Part shown: positions 26,319 to 34,572 of the stretch, piece by piece
How the letters are laid out: every line of letters starts with the position of its first letter
How positions within the stretch are numbered: the stretch's first letter is position 1
Virus record (IMG/VR): IMGVR_UViG_3300021399_000132
Coordinates: 1 to 64,000 of that record
Reading direction: 5' to 3' (one strand)
DNA from: a virus
Lineage: Duplodnaviria > Caudoviricetes
Length of the DNA stretch: 64,000 nt
Program-made: the position numbers and the translations under genes
The notes under the pieces: model-generated
The model's database searches: none
The model's input: the letters and a program-made list of their open reading frames with translations, nothing else
What the model was told of the DNA's origin: nothing

Positions 26319-26410
26319 TGCATGCCGGTCTCTATTATGCGGCAGCGATAGCTCTTGCTGTGATCGTATGGAAATACTGTGACATTAGAAATGGTGGTGG
26401 AATGCAATGA
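26318..26410 (+). CDS. 30-aa single-TM peptide not in the ORF track
   Basis: TGATG overlap upstream and ATGA overlap downstream; MHAGLYYAAAIALAVIVWKYCDIRNGGGMQ. Confidence 0.6.
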   Translation: MHAGLYYAAAIALAVIVWKYCDIRNGGGMQ

Positions 26411-26616
26411 AAAAATATGATTTGAAGACCGTTATCATATATCTGCTGATTTTCGCGGCAATTATGGCTCTTAGTTACCTCATAACAGCTGGAACATTCT
26501 ATCTGATCTGTAAATGCTTCGACCTCGACATCTGGTCGTGGAAAACTTCACTCGGCTTATGGCTCGCACTCTTCTTAGTCAGCGGCATCCATGTAGCCCG
26601 AGAGGATAAGTACTGA
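26407..26616 (+). CDS. two-TM membrane protein
   Basis: Hydrophobic; coupled to neighbours. Confidence 0.7.
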   Translation: MKKYDLKTVIIYLLIFAAIMALSYLITAGTFYLICKCFDLDIWSWKTSLGLWLALFLVSGIHVAREDKY

Positions 26617-26816
26617 TGTTCGAATGCTTCCATTGTTTGCACAGAAGTGTCATATGGGGCTGCGACTTCACATTTGAAGACTACGGTCTCGAAGGTGAAG
26701 GGTTGATCCACGAATTGACCTGCTCAAATTGCGGCGCGTCAATCACTTATTACATAAGATTTGATGAAGATGAAGATGCGGAGTTGGCTTCGCCAGAGGA
26801 TAAAAATGCAGACTGA
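26616..26816 (+). CDS. small Zn-ribbon protein
   Basis: CFHC...CSNC. Confidence 0.75.
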   Translation: MFECFHCLHRSVIWGCDFTFEDYGLEGEGLIHELTCSNCGASITYYIRFDEDEDAELASPEDKNAD

Positions 26817-27006
26817 TTACAACTACAGGCTCGGCGACAGGTATGCGCTCAGGATTAAAGACGCAGCCGCCTACTTCTCAATTGGGGAAAATAAGATCCG
26901 TCAGATTGTAAAAGAAAACCCGGAACTTTGTATCACATCCGGGAACAGAACATTGATCAAGAGAAAGCTCTTCGAGGAGTTTCTGGACAAGGCTGAATGT
27001 GTATGA
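26806..27006 (+). CDS. xis: Tn916-type excisionase
   Basis: LRIKDAAAYFSIGENKIRQI...SGNRTLIKRKLFEEFL; AGAGGA RBS before ATG 26806. Confidence 0.75.
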   Translation: MQTDYNYRLGDRYALRIKDAAAYFSIGENKIRQIVKENPELCITSGNRTLIKRKLFEEFLDKAECV

Positions 27007-27353
27007 CAAATGAGATGCCTGGATGTTTGCAGTGTAAGCGCTGCGTCATATCAGAACGCGAAGATGGTCTCTACGGATTGTACTGCGAAAGATACTTAGA
27101 TAACGTACCGCCTGTCTATCAGGTTGTACGGGCTCGCTGTCATAGCTTCGAATATGATCCCGAGGAGATTGATGAACGGAAGCTAAGTACTAAAAAAGCG
27201 TATAAAAACACCGAAAACGATACCAAAAAAGAGTACACAATCACAACCGAATGCAAGGAATGTGTCTACCATAGCAACCGGACTGGTATGTGCCACATCT
27301 GGTTCAGGAATACAGACCCAAACGGATATTGTTATCGGGGCAAAAAGAAATGA
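27003..27353 (+). CDS. protein with two four-Cys motifs
   Basis: CLQC...C...C and CKEC...C...YC. Confidence 0.7.
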   Translation: MTNEMPGCLQCKRCVISEREDGLYGLYCERYLDNVPPVYQVVRARCHSFEYDPEEIDERKLSTKKAYKNTENDTKKEYTITTECKECVYHSNRTGMCHIWFRNTDPNGYCYRGKKK

Positions 27354-27365
27354 GAGGTAATCTGA

Positions 27366-27761
27366 ATGGCTGAACTTGAGCTTGGAAATCTTCTATGGAA
27401 TGTCGGCAATGCTAACCAAGTATACAATTGCCCACGCTGGGTGGTCGCATTACTTGCTGACATCGAGAAAGAAATCTCCAGAATCTACTGGAACAAAAAC
27501 CAGACCGAATGGAGTTCAGCCTTCAGAAATACTGGGGCTGAATACAAAGGCAACTGCTTCGAAGTGCATGCCTATAGTTGGAACGATGATGATGACCAAC
27601 CATGCAACTTCCAATGCGATGATATAAAAATCTCGTGGTACAAGCACTTATTCCGTAATCCAACTATCAATATTAACCCTGCCAGTCCGGGTTTCGACAC
27701 AAAGATCATCTGCATGTATGAAAAGATTATGGATGAGCTGGGGAGTAGCGAAAAATGGTGA
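27366..27761 (+). CDS. hypothetical protein
   Basis: GAGGT RBS. Confidence 0.75.
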   Translation: MAELELGNLLWNVGNANQVYNCPRWVVALLADIEKEISRIYWNKNQTEWSSAFRNTGAEYKGNCFEVHAYSWNDDDDQPCNFQCDDIKISWYKHLFRNPTININPASPGFDTKIICMYEKIMDELGSSEKW

Positions 27762-28057
27762 GACCGATTGATGCGAATGCGCTTTTGATACAAATGAAAG
27801 AGTATCTTGAGAGACGAGAAGAAGAAGCAAATACGACAGGTAACAGGTCGGCATGTGTTACTTGGAATGATGCGGTTATGTTAATAAAGAATGCACCGAC
27901 CGTTGAGACGCAGCCGGTCAGACGTGGAGAATGGGAACTGTCAAGATACGCGTCAAAATGGAGATGCGATAATTGCGGTCGGACTGTTGATGAAGATGAA
28001 GCAAACACAGAATACGACTATTGCCCGCACTGCGGAGCAAGGATGAGTGGTGAATGA
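27755..28057 (+). CDS. RPIDA...CxxC...YCPxCGA phage protein
   Basis: Common Bacillota phage family motifs. Confidence 0.8.
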   Translation: MVRPIDANALLIQMKEYLERREEEANTTGNRSACVTWNDAVMLIKNAPTVETQPVRRGEWELSRYASKWRCDNCGRTVDEDEANTEYDYCPHCGARMSGE

Positions 28058-28398
28058 TGGTTAGAGTGATTGATGCGGATGCGCTGGTACATGATCTTGA
28101 GTATGATGTGGAACTATGTGCAATGGCGCTCGATGATATGAATCTGGTCGGAAAGGAAAGAGAGGATATGCAGTGGCAGAAAGACTGCAAGCAGAACTGC
28201 ATATGGTACATTTCAGAACAGCCTACAGTTGATGCAGAGCGAGTAATTAGATGTAAGGACTGTGAATATTTCGATGTCAAATGGGAAGAGGATAAGTTCG
28301 GATTCCTGAAGTACGAAAACGTCTGCAATTTGAGAGGTCGCGACTTCATAGTGGATGTAAATGATTATTGCTCATGGGCTGAGGAAAAAGAAAAATGA
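28054..28398 (+). CDS. RVIDA...CKDC...DYCS protein
   Basis: Ends AEEKEK; ATGA overlaps. Confidence 0.8.
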   Translation: MMVRVIDADALVHDLEYDVELCAMALDDMNLVGKEREDMQWQKDCKQNCIWYISEQPTVDAERVIRCKDCEYFDVKWEEDKFGFLKYENVCNLRGRDFIVDVNDYCSWAEEKEK

Positions 28399-28631
28399 GT
28401 CAGCTAACACTCACAGATAAAATCCTTCAGATGATAAGCAATGGATATCGCATTGAATTTGATAGCCGATTGGGTTATCGAGATGGTCTAAACGTAGTTG
28501 TTTCCAAGGGAGATTATCACACAAGTCACTTCATCGACGGATTACCCTTCCGCGATACCGAGCATATGATTATTGTCATTTTAGAAAATAACGAAAGACG
28601 CATCCGTGAAATGCAAAAGGGGGATGACTAA
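28395..28631 (+). CDS. hypothetical protein
   Basis: ATGA overlap. Confidence 0.7.
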   Translation: MSQLTLTDKILQMISNGYRIEFDSRLGYRDGLNVVVSKGDYHTSHFIDGLPFRDTEHMIIVILENNERRIREMQKGDD

Positions 28632-28634
28632 AAA

Positions 28635-28874
28635 ATGAACTGGCGTCTGAAAAGAAACACGGGAACAAATGTCCCTCCGCCCACAATAATCCCACATGCG
28701 CCGAAACGGATACGTTGTCCATACTGCGACGCCCCGTTGCGACCCGGACAACCCCAGTGTGAGTACTGTGGTATGTGGGTCGGTACGCTCTCAAGTATCG
28801 ACTGCCGGACTTACACTCATGGTGTTGCAACATATGGAGTTCGTGATGCGGTGAATGGGAGAAAAGAAGGATGA
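28635..28874 (+). CDS. Zn-ribbon protein
   Basis: CPYC...CEYC. Confidence 0.7.
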   Translation: MNWRLKRNTGTNVPPPTIIPHAPKRIRCPYCDAPLRPGQPQCEYCGMWVGTLSSIDCRTYTHGVATYGVRDAVNGRKEG

Positions 28875-29257
28875 CAAAGGAAGAAGCGATTTTGATACTC
28901 GAAGAAGTAAAAATGTTCGATGATTCAATGTATCAATATAACCAAAGCTACATGGATGCATTGAATATGGCGATTGAAGCGTTGCAAACAGCAACAATTC
29001 ATATGACAGGACAGAGCGAATTAATCAGATGTAAAGACTGCAAGTATTTCAATGGCAACGATGACTGGTGCGATTATTACAGGCACGTTTACAACGAAGA
29101 TTATTGCAGCGCGGCAGTTCATGTCGTCAGATGCAAAAACTGCACGCACTGGATTAATGGATATTGTGCAGGTATTCCGTTCAGTTGTGATGATTCTTCC
29201 TATATCGAAACAAATGAAAATGATTACTGCGATTATGCGGAGAGAAAAGAAGAATGA
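28871..29257 (+). CDS. protein with tandem four-Cys motifs
   Basis: LIRCKDC...DYCS and VVRCKNC...DYCD; ends AERKEE. Confidence 0.8.
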   Translation: MTKEEAILILEEVKMFDDSMYQYNQSYMDALNMAIEALQTATIHMTGQSELIRCKDCKYFNGNDDWCDYYRHVYNEDYCSAAVHVVRCKNCTHWINGYCAGIPFSCDDSSYIETNENDYCDYAERKEE

Positions 29258-29631
29258 CAAAGGATGAAGTAGCCAAATATCTGATTAAACCGATTTGCAC
29301 AAGCACTATTGAAAGCGAAGAGTATTGTAAACAACTTGAAGCATACACAACGGCTGTTGAATCATTGAATGGCAGAGATGAAAGAAGAATGAAAGAATAT
29401 ATTGTACATCCACCGAAAGACAATCTGCTTGTGGTCGAAGAATATTCAACATTCTACGGCGAGCCTGTGAAAGAACTGATCAGATGCAAGGATTGTAAGC
29501 ATATGATCAATTGCTATCGGGCGGTATTGATGTATGGAAAAGACGGATCTGTTGAGCCTAGACGTTTAGATAGCTTTGAAAATCGATTCGGGATGGGATT
29601 CTGCTCACTGGCGGAGAGGAAAGAGGAATGA
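29254..29631 (+). CDS. four-Cys motif protein
   Basis: LIRCKDC...GFCS; ends AERKEE. Confidence 0.8.
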   Translation: MTKDEVAKYLIKPICTSTIESEEYCKQLEAYTTAVESLNGRDERRMKEYIVHPPKDNLLVVEEYSTFYGEPVKELIRCKDCKHMINCYRAVLMYGKDGSVEPRRLDSFENRFGMGFCSLAERKEE

Positions 29632-30029
29632 AAAAGATAATATATGCTGTCTTGTTGATGTTTTGTCTCGTTGGCTGTGAAAAGTCCGACCGGGTGAACT
29701 TCAACATCAGAAGAGAGGCAAATAACTTCAACATTTACAGACGAGTAGTCGCAATCAACACCCGTTTGAATGAAACGCTGTTTGCGGTAGAAGGGTACAT
29801 ATCCGTTAATGTTGACTCTGACGGCGATCTGAATGTGACGATTCAGACAGGAGCAGAAGAATTCAAACTGTTCTATGCACATCTCGGAAACGATGTCACA
29901 TATACGGTTATTCAGACAGAGCCAGCGAGTGTGACACCATACGCATACAATATCAGCTTCTTTCCGGCAAAAGAGGTGCTTGAACATGGGCTGATCGATG
30001 TGGTTTCCAGCGAGAGGAAAGAAGAATAA
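29628..30029 (+). CDS. phage lipoprotein
   Basis: MKK + hydrophobic stretch + LVGC lipobox; F...RRVVAIN motif. Confidence 0.8.
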   Translation: MKKIIYAVLLMFCLVGCEKSDRVNFNIRREANNFNIYRRVVAINTRLNETLFAVEGYISVNVDSDGDLNVTIQTGAEEFKLFYAHLGNDVTYTVIQTEPASVTPYAYNISFFPAKEVLEHGLIDVVSSERKEE

Positions 30030-30074
30030 AAGAAAGACTGATTGATGCTGATATTTTGATGGAGGTATTTAAAG

Positions 30075-30335
30075 ATGACACTGAATGAGTTTTTTGAGTG
30101 GCTAAAGACGCAGACTATTGAAACGATGATTGTGTCCTTGAGATACAAATATTCTTGGGAAGAAGAATGGACTTATTCAAATGAAATCCTCGAAATTGAT
30201 TTCTCTGTTGACAGCATTTATATTTGGCTGAATGACTGGAATGAAGGTCAGACGGATGTTGAAGTTCTTGGATGCATTCCTCTGAGTGAGGTAGTTGTCA
30301 TGCCATTGGATATGAGAGGTGAAGACAGTGAGTGA
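30075..30335 (+). CDS. acidic hypothetical protein
   Basis: GGAGGT RBS. Confidence 0.75.
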   Translation: MTLNEFFEWLKTQTIETMIVSLRYKYSWEEEWTYSNEILEIDFSVDSIYIWLNDWNEGQTDVEVLGCIPLSEVVVMPLDMRGEDSE

Positions 30336-30387
30336 TTTAATCAGCAACTGTGGAGCGAGGACGGGTGCAGAGGAGAAAGAAAAATGA
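30328..30387 (+). pseudogene. 19-codon collapsed gene remnant (MSDLIS fused to NCGAR)
   Basis: GTG start overlaps the upstream stop; ends AEEKEK like 28054..28398. Confidence 0.45.
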
Positions 30388-30617
30388 ATCATGATTATGC
30401 TCATTGCCTTGATTTGAAAAAGAGCTGTCCGAAATCGTGCTTCAGAGCGCAGCTCACAAGGGAAGTTGAAGAGCGGGATGACCTAAAAGAGGTTCCGATG
30501 ACATGGGCTCGTTTCAAAGGCACAGATGAGTGCCCGAAGAAAAAGAAAAACCATGCGGCCGATTGCGCGACTTTTGTTCATGGGGAGAAAGGTGGGGAGA
30601 AAGGTGGGGGAGAATGA
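30384..30617 (+). CDS. Cys-rich hypothetical protein
   Basis: DYAHC...CP..C.RA family motif. Confidence 0.7.
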   Translation: MNHDYAHCLDLKKSCPKSCFRAQLTREVEERDDLKEVPMTWARFKGTDECPKKKKNHAADCATFVHGEKGGEKGGGE

Positions 30618-30766
30618 GATTGATTGATCTCGATGACGATCGCCACGTGTATACAGGGGACATGGGGGATTATGAAAACTGGAACATTGACCCTGATGCA
30701 GTGGTAGATGTCGAATCTTTGAAAAGAGCCATTGAAGAACTGGGAGGGAAGAAAAATGAAGACTGA
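30614..30766 (+). CDS. hypothetical protein (MRLID...)
   Basis: ATGA overlap at 30614. Confidence 0.65.
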   Translation: MRLIDLDDDRHVYTGDMGDYENWNIDPDAVVDVESLKRAIEELGGKKNED

Positions 30767-30968
30767 AGATATTTTAAAAATCATCCTTGATGCTGGATAT
30801 GAAGGCAGCATCAACCTGCAGTATGACTCCATATCGTTCTGGGCGCCTAAGAAAACGGATGCAATCCCGGTTTCCAAACTTAGGGAGCTCAAAGAAGAAT
30901 CAGTTGATGAGAACATGAAAGATTACATTGATATCATTCTCGCCTTATGGGAGGATGAGTCGGAATGA
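30756..30968 (+). CDS. hypothetical protein
   Basis: GGGAGGG RBS before ATG 30756. Confidence 0.7.
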   Translation: MKTEDILKIILDAGYEGSINLQYDSISFWAPKKTDAIPVSKLRELKEESVDENMKDYIDIILALWEDESE

Positions 30969-31246
30969 TCCATATCAAAGGCGACTGGTATATTGATGTT
31001 GACGAGCGCACGTATAATCTGATGAAGTTCATGGGCACATATCAAGACAAGGATGGGAAGGAGTGTAAAACATTTGCCAACACAACGTACCATCGCACAC
31101 TTGCGGAAGCCCTTCAGAGATACATGACCTATGTTGTTAGAGACGCGCTCGAACCGGACATGGAGATCAAAGAAGCCGTACAGACTCTCTGGGATGCCGT
31201 AGCCCAGGCAAAGGAAGATATCACTGGTATTACTGGTGGGTTATGA
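30965..31246 (+). CDS. hypothetical protein
   Basis: ATGA overlap. Confidence 0.75.
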   Translation: MIHIKGDWYIDVDERTYNLMKFMGTYQDKDGKECKTFANTTYHRTLAEALQRYMTYVVRDALEPDMEIKEAVQTLWDAVAQAKEDITGITGGL

Positions 31247-31290
31247 TATCATTCCAATACATAGCGGCTCTTCTCAGAGAGGAGATGTAG

Positions 31291-32553
31291 ATGTCTGAAA
31301 AAAGAAAAGACAAGAAGGGCAGGTTGTTGCGCCAGAATGAAAGACAGCGCAGCAACGGAATGTACGAATATAGGTACATTGACGGCGGTGGCACCAAGCA
31401 CAGTGTATACAGTTGGCGGCTGGTGCCCACCGACCGGGTTCCATCGGGCAAAGACGATAAAAAACCGTCATTACGGGAGCTTGAGGACGATATTCTAAGA
31501 GAAATCTCGTCAGGCATTAATCCCAGTTCATCAGCACTCACACTCAATGAGTGCTTTGACTTGTACATGCAGTCGACTAAGCTGCTTCAAAGGAAGACCA
31601 GAGACGAGAAAGCCAGAATATATAAAGATAAGATCAAAGACGTTTTCGGGAAGAAAAAGATCTCCAAGATAGCCAGAAACGACGTCAGAAACTTATATAT
31701 CGCCATCCTCGAATCTGGCGGGTCAATGGATTCAGTCACAAAAGCCGATCAAACGTTGAGCTGTGTGTTCGAAAATGCCATTGCAAACAGGGCAATCAAC
31801 TACAATCCATGCAATGGCGTTGTAGCAGAACTGAAAAGAGTACTTCGCTACACCCGCGAGCGCAAGCACAGTTTGACTATAGCTGAGCAAAATGCCTTCC
31901 TTAATTATATATCGGGGAGTAATAAGCACAGCCACTGGTACCCGTTCTTCAAGTTCATGCTTGGTACTGGGTGCCGTATCGGCGAGGCTCTCGGTCTCAC
32001 TTGGGACAATTGTGACTTTGAAAACGGTGTGATTAGTATTGACCACGCCATTCGTTATTACAAGCTCGGCGACTCGGACGATTATGGGCTGGAGATCACA
32101 AAGCCTAAGACAAACGCTGGCGTTCGCACTATACCCATGCTCGATGCGGTTAAAGAATTATTACTTGCCGAACGTGATAAACAATCGCGGATGCTGCTTA
32201 AAGATGTGGTAGTAGACGGAATGACCGGATTTGTGTGGAGAACAACACGCGGAACTCTCCCAATCCCTGGGACAATTAACGCAGCGCTCTACACCATCCA
32301 AAAAGATTACAACTTGGAAGAGGAATCTACGGCAAAGAGAGATGGGCGCGAACCTTTATATCTTCCCAAGTTCTCGGTGCATGTCCTGAGGCATACATTC
32401 TGCACCAGATTGTGCGAGAATGAATCGAATGTAAAAGTTATCCAAGAAGTAATGGGGCACGCTTCGATCATCACAACGATGAACATTTATAATGAGGCTA
32501 CGATGGATGCGAAACGCGAATCGTTCGAAAAGTTGAATGGAAAAATTGTTTAA
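31291..32553 (+). CDS. int: tyrosine integrase, Tn916/Tn1545-like
   Basis: N-terminal arm-binding domain (KRKDKKGR.L...GMYEYRY), GCRIGE, KPKT, HVLRH, MGHAS, IYNE. Confidence 0.95.
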   Translation: MSEKRKDKKGRLLRQNERQRSNGMYEYRYIDGGGTKHSVYSWRLVPTDRVPSGKDDKKPSLRELEDDILREISSGINPSSSALTLNECFDLYMQSTKLLQRKTRDEKARIYKDKIKDVFGKKKISKIARNDVRNLYIAILESGGSMDSVTKADQTLSCVFENAIANRAINYNPCNGVVAELKRVLRYTRERKHSLTIAEQNAFLNYISGSNKHSHWYPFFKFMLGTGCRIGEALGLTWDNCDFENGVISIDHAIRYYKLGDSDDYGLEITKPKTNAGVRTIPMLDAVKELLLAERDKQSRMLLKDVVVDGMTGFVWRTTRGTLPIPGTINAALYTIQKDYNLEEESTAKRDGREPLYLPKFSVHVLRHTFCTRLCENESNVKVIQEVMGHASIITTMNIYNEATMDAKRESFEKLNGKIV

Positions 32554-32560
32554 ACAGGTT

Positions 32561-32828
32561 GTACCACCGAAGGCTGTACCACTCAGCAAGCACGCATGTC
32601 AGAAATACCACAAAGTTTACCACTTTTGACGGCAACGATTTAAGAAGATACGTGACGGTCTGTGAAGTCACGAATTGTGACAATAACGATATATAACGAT
32701 TCGTGAAGATACGTGAAGAATTTAGCACACAGCTATTGACAGTGCTAATGATTTGCGAAAACATCAGTAAACATCGGCATTTAGACGGTGTTTAACCAAG
32801 TGATTTACCACCTTTTTACCACTTTTCA
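32561..32828. mobile_element. candidate attP with arm-type repeats
   Basis: TACCAC at 32562, 32577, 32606, 32618, 32806 and 32817 in three pairs flanking a core with GAAGATACGTGA x2 and GTCAC-N5-GTGAC; directly 3' of int. Confidence 0.65.
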
Positions 32829-33087
32829 AGATACGGAGAGCCGCTATGATTATATCCGTAACAAAATAGAAATCGAAATATCACATTTGTTATCAAACAA
32901 TTGATAGTAAATGTTATATCTCGATTCGAAACACGCTTATATTACCTTCTGCAGCTTCCTGGAGGCTCTACGGAGCGATTTAACGCGAAGCTTGAAGAAG
33001 TAATCAAAGAATTATTATGGCTCTCAGAATGGCTGAAATAAGCTCTAGGAAGGAGGCGGATGCAATGTCATAACGGGAGGTGATGTT

Positions 33088-33339
33088 GTGTCTTACCAGC
33101 GCAAGCAAGAAGATAAAAGAAGGCTCGCTAAACTCTATAACGATGTATTCCAGCACCGCAGGTGGATCTGCTCCGGTGTGTGCCCGCATTGGAAGGATGA
33201 TCGCCTATGCAAAATTTACAGGGGCAGGCGAAGCAGAGAGTTTAAACAAATCTGCAACAGGAAGCTTCGGCATGTTGAAGAGATCCCCAATTATGGAGGA
33301 TATAAAAAATGTTCTGAGTTCTGGTGGAGCATCTGGTAA
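33088..33339 (+). CDS. small basic hypothetical protein
   Basis: GGAGGTG RBS; GGYKK..EFWW motif; last gene of the + arm. Confidence 0.75.
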   Translation: MSYQRKQEDKRRLAKLYNDVFQHRRWICSGVCPHWKDDRLCKIYRGRRSREFKQICNRKLRHVEEIPNYGGYKKCSEFWWSIW

Positions 33340-33385
33340 AAAGAAGGCAGACTGACAATTAAGTCAATCTGCCTTTTCTATTTTT
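33340..33385. terminator. bidirectional terminator where the two arms converge
   Basis: AAGGCAGA...TCTGCCTT stem with inner TGAC/GTCA, A run 5' and T run 3'. Confidence 0.75.
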
Positions 33386-33480
33386 CAAACTAACAATTTT
33401 ATAGCTGTGATAAATGACATATAGCGTATAAATGTCATTTAAATTGCTGACAAAAACCTTGTTTTATTCAGTGTGTTTTT

Positions 33481-33687
33481 ACAGGCCGGGCGTGCAGTTT
33501 CAATCACGCGCATCCCACATGGAGTTACACAACGTTGTTGACGGAGTTCGCCCTCCGAGTGTTCCATTTACTGGGCAGCTATTGTCTTACCGTCTTTTAA
33601 TGCTTGACTACCGACCTTTGCTTTATTTATCCTGCGTTAGGAAAGATTGTCATTGCCAGGGTTGTCGACCATCGGCTCAGTGCCTGT
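33481..33687 (-). ncRNA. candidate structured RNA of about 207 nt after the last late-arm gene
   Basis: Terminal stem ACAGGC/GCCTGT; internal CGGAG-GGCGAA-CTCCG, TCCT/AGGA and GCGTG/CACGC hairpins; strand inferred from context. Confidence 0.4.
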
Positions 33688-33899
33688 TACAATTCTGGTT
33701 CTTCATTGGTGACTGCTTCGGCAATTTTGGCGAGGAACCACTCTTTGCGTGTCTTCGGGTTCACGGAGATTTTTTCTTTGTATATAATGGCGTCGAGCAG
33801 TTTCTCCTCAGCGTTTGTCGGGGTGAGATCAACAGTCTCACCATTTGCGATAGCGTAAAGATACTTCTCCTCTCTTGTAACGGGTGTTAAATTTTTCAT
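33687..33899 (-). CDS. hypothetical protein with P.TR.E.(Y/W)(L/F)..IA repeats
   Basis: GGAGGAG RBS; internal repeat. Confidence 0.75.
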   Translation of the reverse strand: MKNLTPVTREEKYLYAIANGETVDLTPTNAEEKLLDAIIYKEKISVNPKTRKEWFLAKIAEAVTNEEPEL

Positions 33900-33914
33900 A
33901 TTCTCTCCTCCTAA

Positions 33915-33940
33915 AAAGAAGGGGCTGCTTAGGCAGCCCC
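33915..33940 (-). terminator. intrinsic terminator after the lysis cassette
   Basis: GGGGCTGC-CTAA-GCAGCCCC followed by TTCTTTTT on the minus strand. Confidence 0.85.
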
Positions 33941-33946
33941 GATGTG

Positions 33947-34321
33947 TTATCTGTCAATGAACCATTCTGTTAAATCGTCTGCTTCGTCTGCCATTTCTTT
34001 CTGACCGTTACCGGTCACAAAGTGGCGCAAGAGCGAAATCTGAGATTTCCCAATTCGTTGAATGCCTTCATTAACTTCTTTGATCTGAAGCTGGGTGTCG
34101 TCTGACTTTCTTTCCAGATGTTCGATCTTCTCATCGATCGCCTTCAAATGCTCGTAATCATTCCTTACTTTCTTCTCAACATCCTCGACACGAATTTCCA
34201 GCTTGGCAGTAGGGGTGAGTGAGTTGAGAAACTGAAGTCCTTTGATAGCTGCGACAATCACACCAATGACTGCCGCGACCTTACCAAGTAATGACCAGAC
34301 TGCCTCAATCTCACTCACCAT
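33947..34321 (-). CDS. lysis-cassette membrane protein (N-terminal TM plus coiled coil)
   Basis: Hydrophobic N-terminus, heptads, adjacent to the holin. Confidence 0.7.
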   Translation of the reverse strand: MVSEIEAVWSLLGKVAAVIGVIVAAIKGLQFLNSLTPTAKLEIRVEDVEKKVRNDYEHLKAIDEKIEHLERKSDDTQLQIKEVNEGIQRIGKSQISLLRHFVTGNGQKEMADEADDLTEWFIDR

Positions 34322-34544
34322 CGTCTGCTACCGGCCCCTCTGAATACTCGTATCCAGCATTGGCGGAGTCGATTAATCCTTCAGAGATGATGTAGGAGAT
34401 AACTGACGCCGCTGACATAATCAGGGCGCTCACCTGTGTCGCTTCTGACTCTGTTCTGCCAAAAAATACCATCAAGCCAGAAACGAATCCGGCGATTGCC
34501 AGCCAGAGTTTACGGCTGGACAACTTTCTTTTCCAATCAATCAT
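34311..34544 (-). CDS. holin
   Basis: MIDWKRKLSSRKLWLAIAGFV, two TMs, acidic tail; next to the endolysin. Confidence 0.85.
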   Translation of the reverse strand: MIDWKRKLSSRKLWLAIAGFVSGLMVFFGRTESEATQVSALIMSAASVISYIISEGLIDSANAGYEYSEGPVADDGE

Positions 34545-34572
34545 GTTCTTTTCCTCCTGTCATTTAGGTAAA

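Noticed and set aside
30582-30613. GGGGAGAAAGGT tandem repeat
   Set aside because: About 2.5 copies of an RBS-like unit at a gene junction; best explained as slippage.
33432-33890. 152-aa + strand ORF and the many antisense ORFs in the track
   Set aside because: No RBS, atypical composition, and they overlap better-supported genes or structured RNA on the other strand.
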